In this document: positions 63,555 through 64,000 of the stretch, piece after piece | Position numbering within the stretch: the first letter of the stretch is position 1 | Layout: every line of letters begins with the position of its first letter | From: a virus | DNA length: 64,000 nt | Reading direction: 5' to 3' (one strand) | Virus record (IMG/VR): IMGVR_UViG_3300042566_001051 | Coordinates: 1-64,000 of that record | The notes under the pieces: generated by a model | What the model saw: only the letters and a program-made list of their open reading frames with translations | Told to the model about the DNA's origin: nothing | Databases searched by the model: none | Translations under genes and position numbers: made by a program

Positions 63555-64000
63555 CGCGCGATACTACAGAGGCCGATTTCCTCAAGGACGTGGCCGCGCA
63601 TGAAATGGAGGTTTTGCGCGACGACGGCGTCTATCGGCACATCCGATTCAAGAAGCCGGGAACCGGGTGCATGCACTTCGATCTAGTGACGTGGCCGGGA
63701 TACCTGGCCTACTCCGGCGACATGGGCTGCTATGTCTTTTCTCGCCTGAACGACATGTTCGAGTTCTTCCGCGCCGACCGGGAATACTTGCAGCGCGACG
63801 GGCGCCAGCTTTGCATCAATCTTGGCTACTGGTCGGAGAAATTGCAGGCCGTGGATGGGGGCCGGCGAGAAGGCTCCGCCAAGGAGTTCAGCGAAGAAAA
63901 GTTCAGTCGCGCCGTTATTGAAGACCTCATCGCATGGATTCGCGGCAACGCATACCGGACAACCAAAGATGAGCGCCGCGAGTTGTGGGGTGCGGTCATG
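63551..64000 (+). CDS. Phage hypothetical protein, runs off the window (not in the ORF track)
   Basis: GGAGG RBS; MTRDTTEADFLKDVAAHEMEVLRDDGVYRH...TWPGYLAYSGDMG; no stop before the end. Confidence 0.8.
   Translation, partial: MTRDTTEADFLKDVAAHEMEVLRDDGVYRHIRFKKPGTGCMHFDLVTWPGYLAYSGDMGCYVFSRLNDMFEFFRADREYLQRDGRQLCINLGYWSEKLQAVDGGRREGSAKEFSEEKFSRAVIEDLIAWIRGNAYRTTKDERRELWGAVM

Larger units (their letters stand above)
1..64000. mobile_element. Temperate myophage/prophage segment (P1-like virion genes plus lambdoid immunity, replication and recombination region), truncated at both ends
   Basis: Continuous phage gene content: terminase, portal, capsid, sheath, lysis, cI/cro with operators, RecT. 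No host housekeeping genes. Confidence 0.96.

Noticed and set aside
1-64000. DGR template repeat/RT, integrase/att, transposase, invertase, tRNA
   Set aside because: Looked for by eye and not found in this window; they may lie in the flanks.

Overview
The whole window is one temperate myophage or prophage segment, truncated at both ends. It is GC-rich and probably from a betaproteobacterial host (inferred, not proven). Positions 1-46.5 kb (- strand) are a P1-like virion module: terminase, prohead protease, major capsid, sheath, BplB-like tube, lysis cassette, spike/PAAR, Hdf-DarA-DarB-Ulx antirestriction proteins, portal, tape measure, baseplate and tail fibre. Positions 46.5-64 kb are a lambdoid early region: replication initiator/DnaC, cII-cro-cI with four operators, and a PL operon with exonuclease/RecT, an SMC-like ATPase, AlpA and RdgC-FtsK-gamma. 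Structures read directly from the DNA: (1) a 540-bp transposase-less element (9938-10477; 14-bp TIRs, 8-bp target duplication) carrying one passenger gene and splitting an HNH gene; (2) a tail-fibre C-terminus with the signature of a DGR variable region, whose TR/RT would lie left of the window; (3) eight copies of a CGGAAAA-N28/29-(-10) motif upstream of virion genes, a putative late promoter; (4) a P1 C4-type antisense RNA controlling an antirepressor; (5) an AT-richer cassette with an RHH regulator and a small protein copying the N-terminus of the phage's own tail tube. No rRNA, tRNA, CRISPR array or integrase was seen. P1 gene names come from recalled motifs and gene order, not from database searches.
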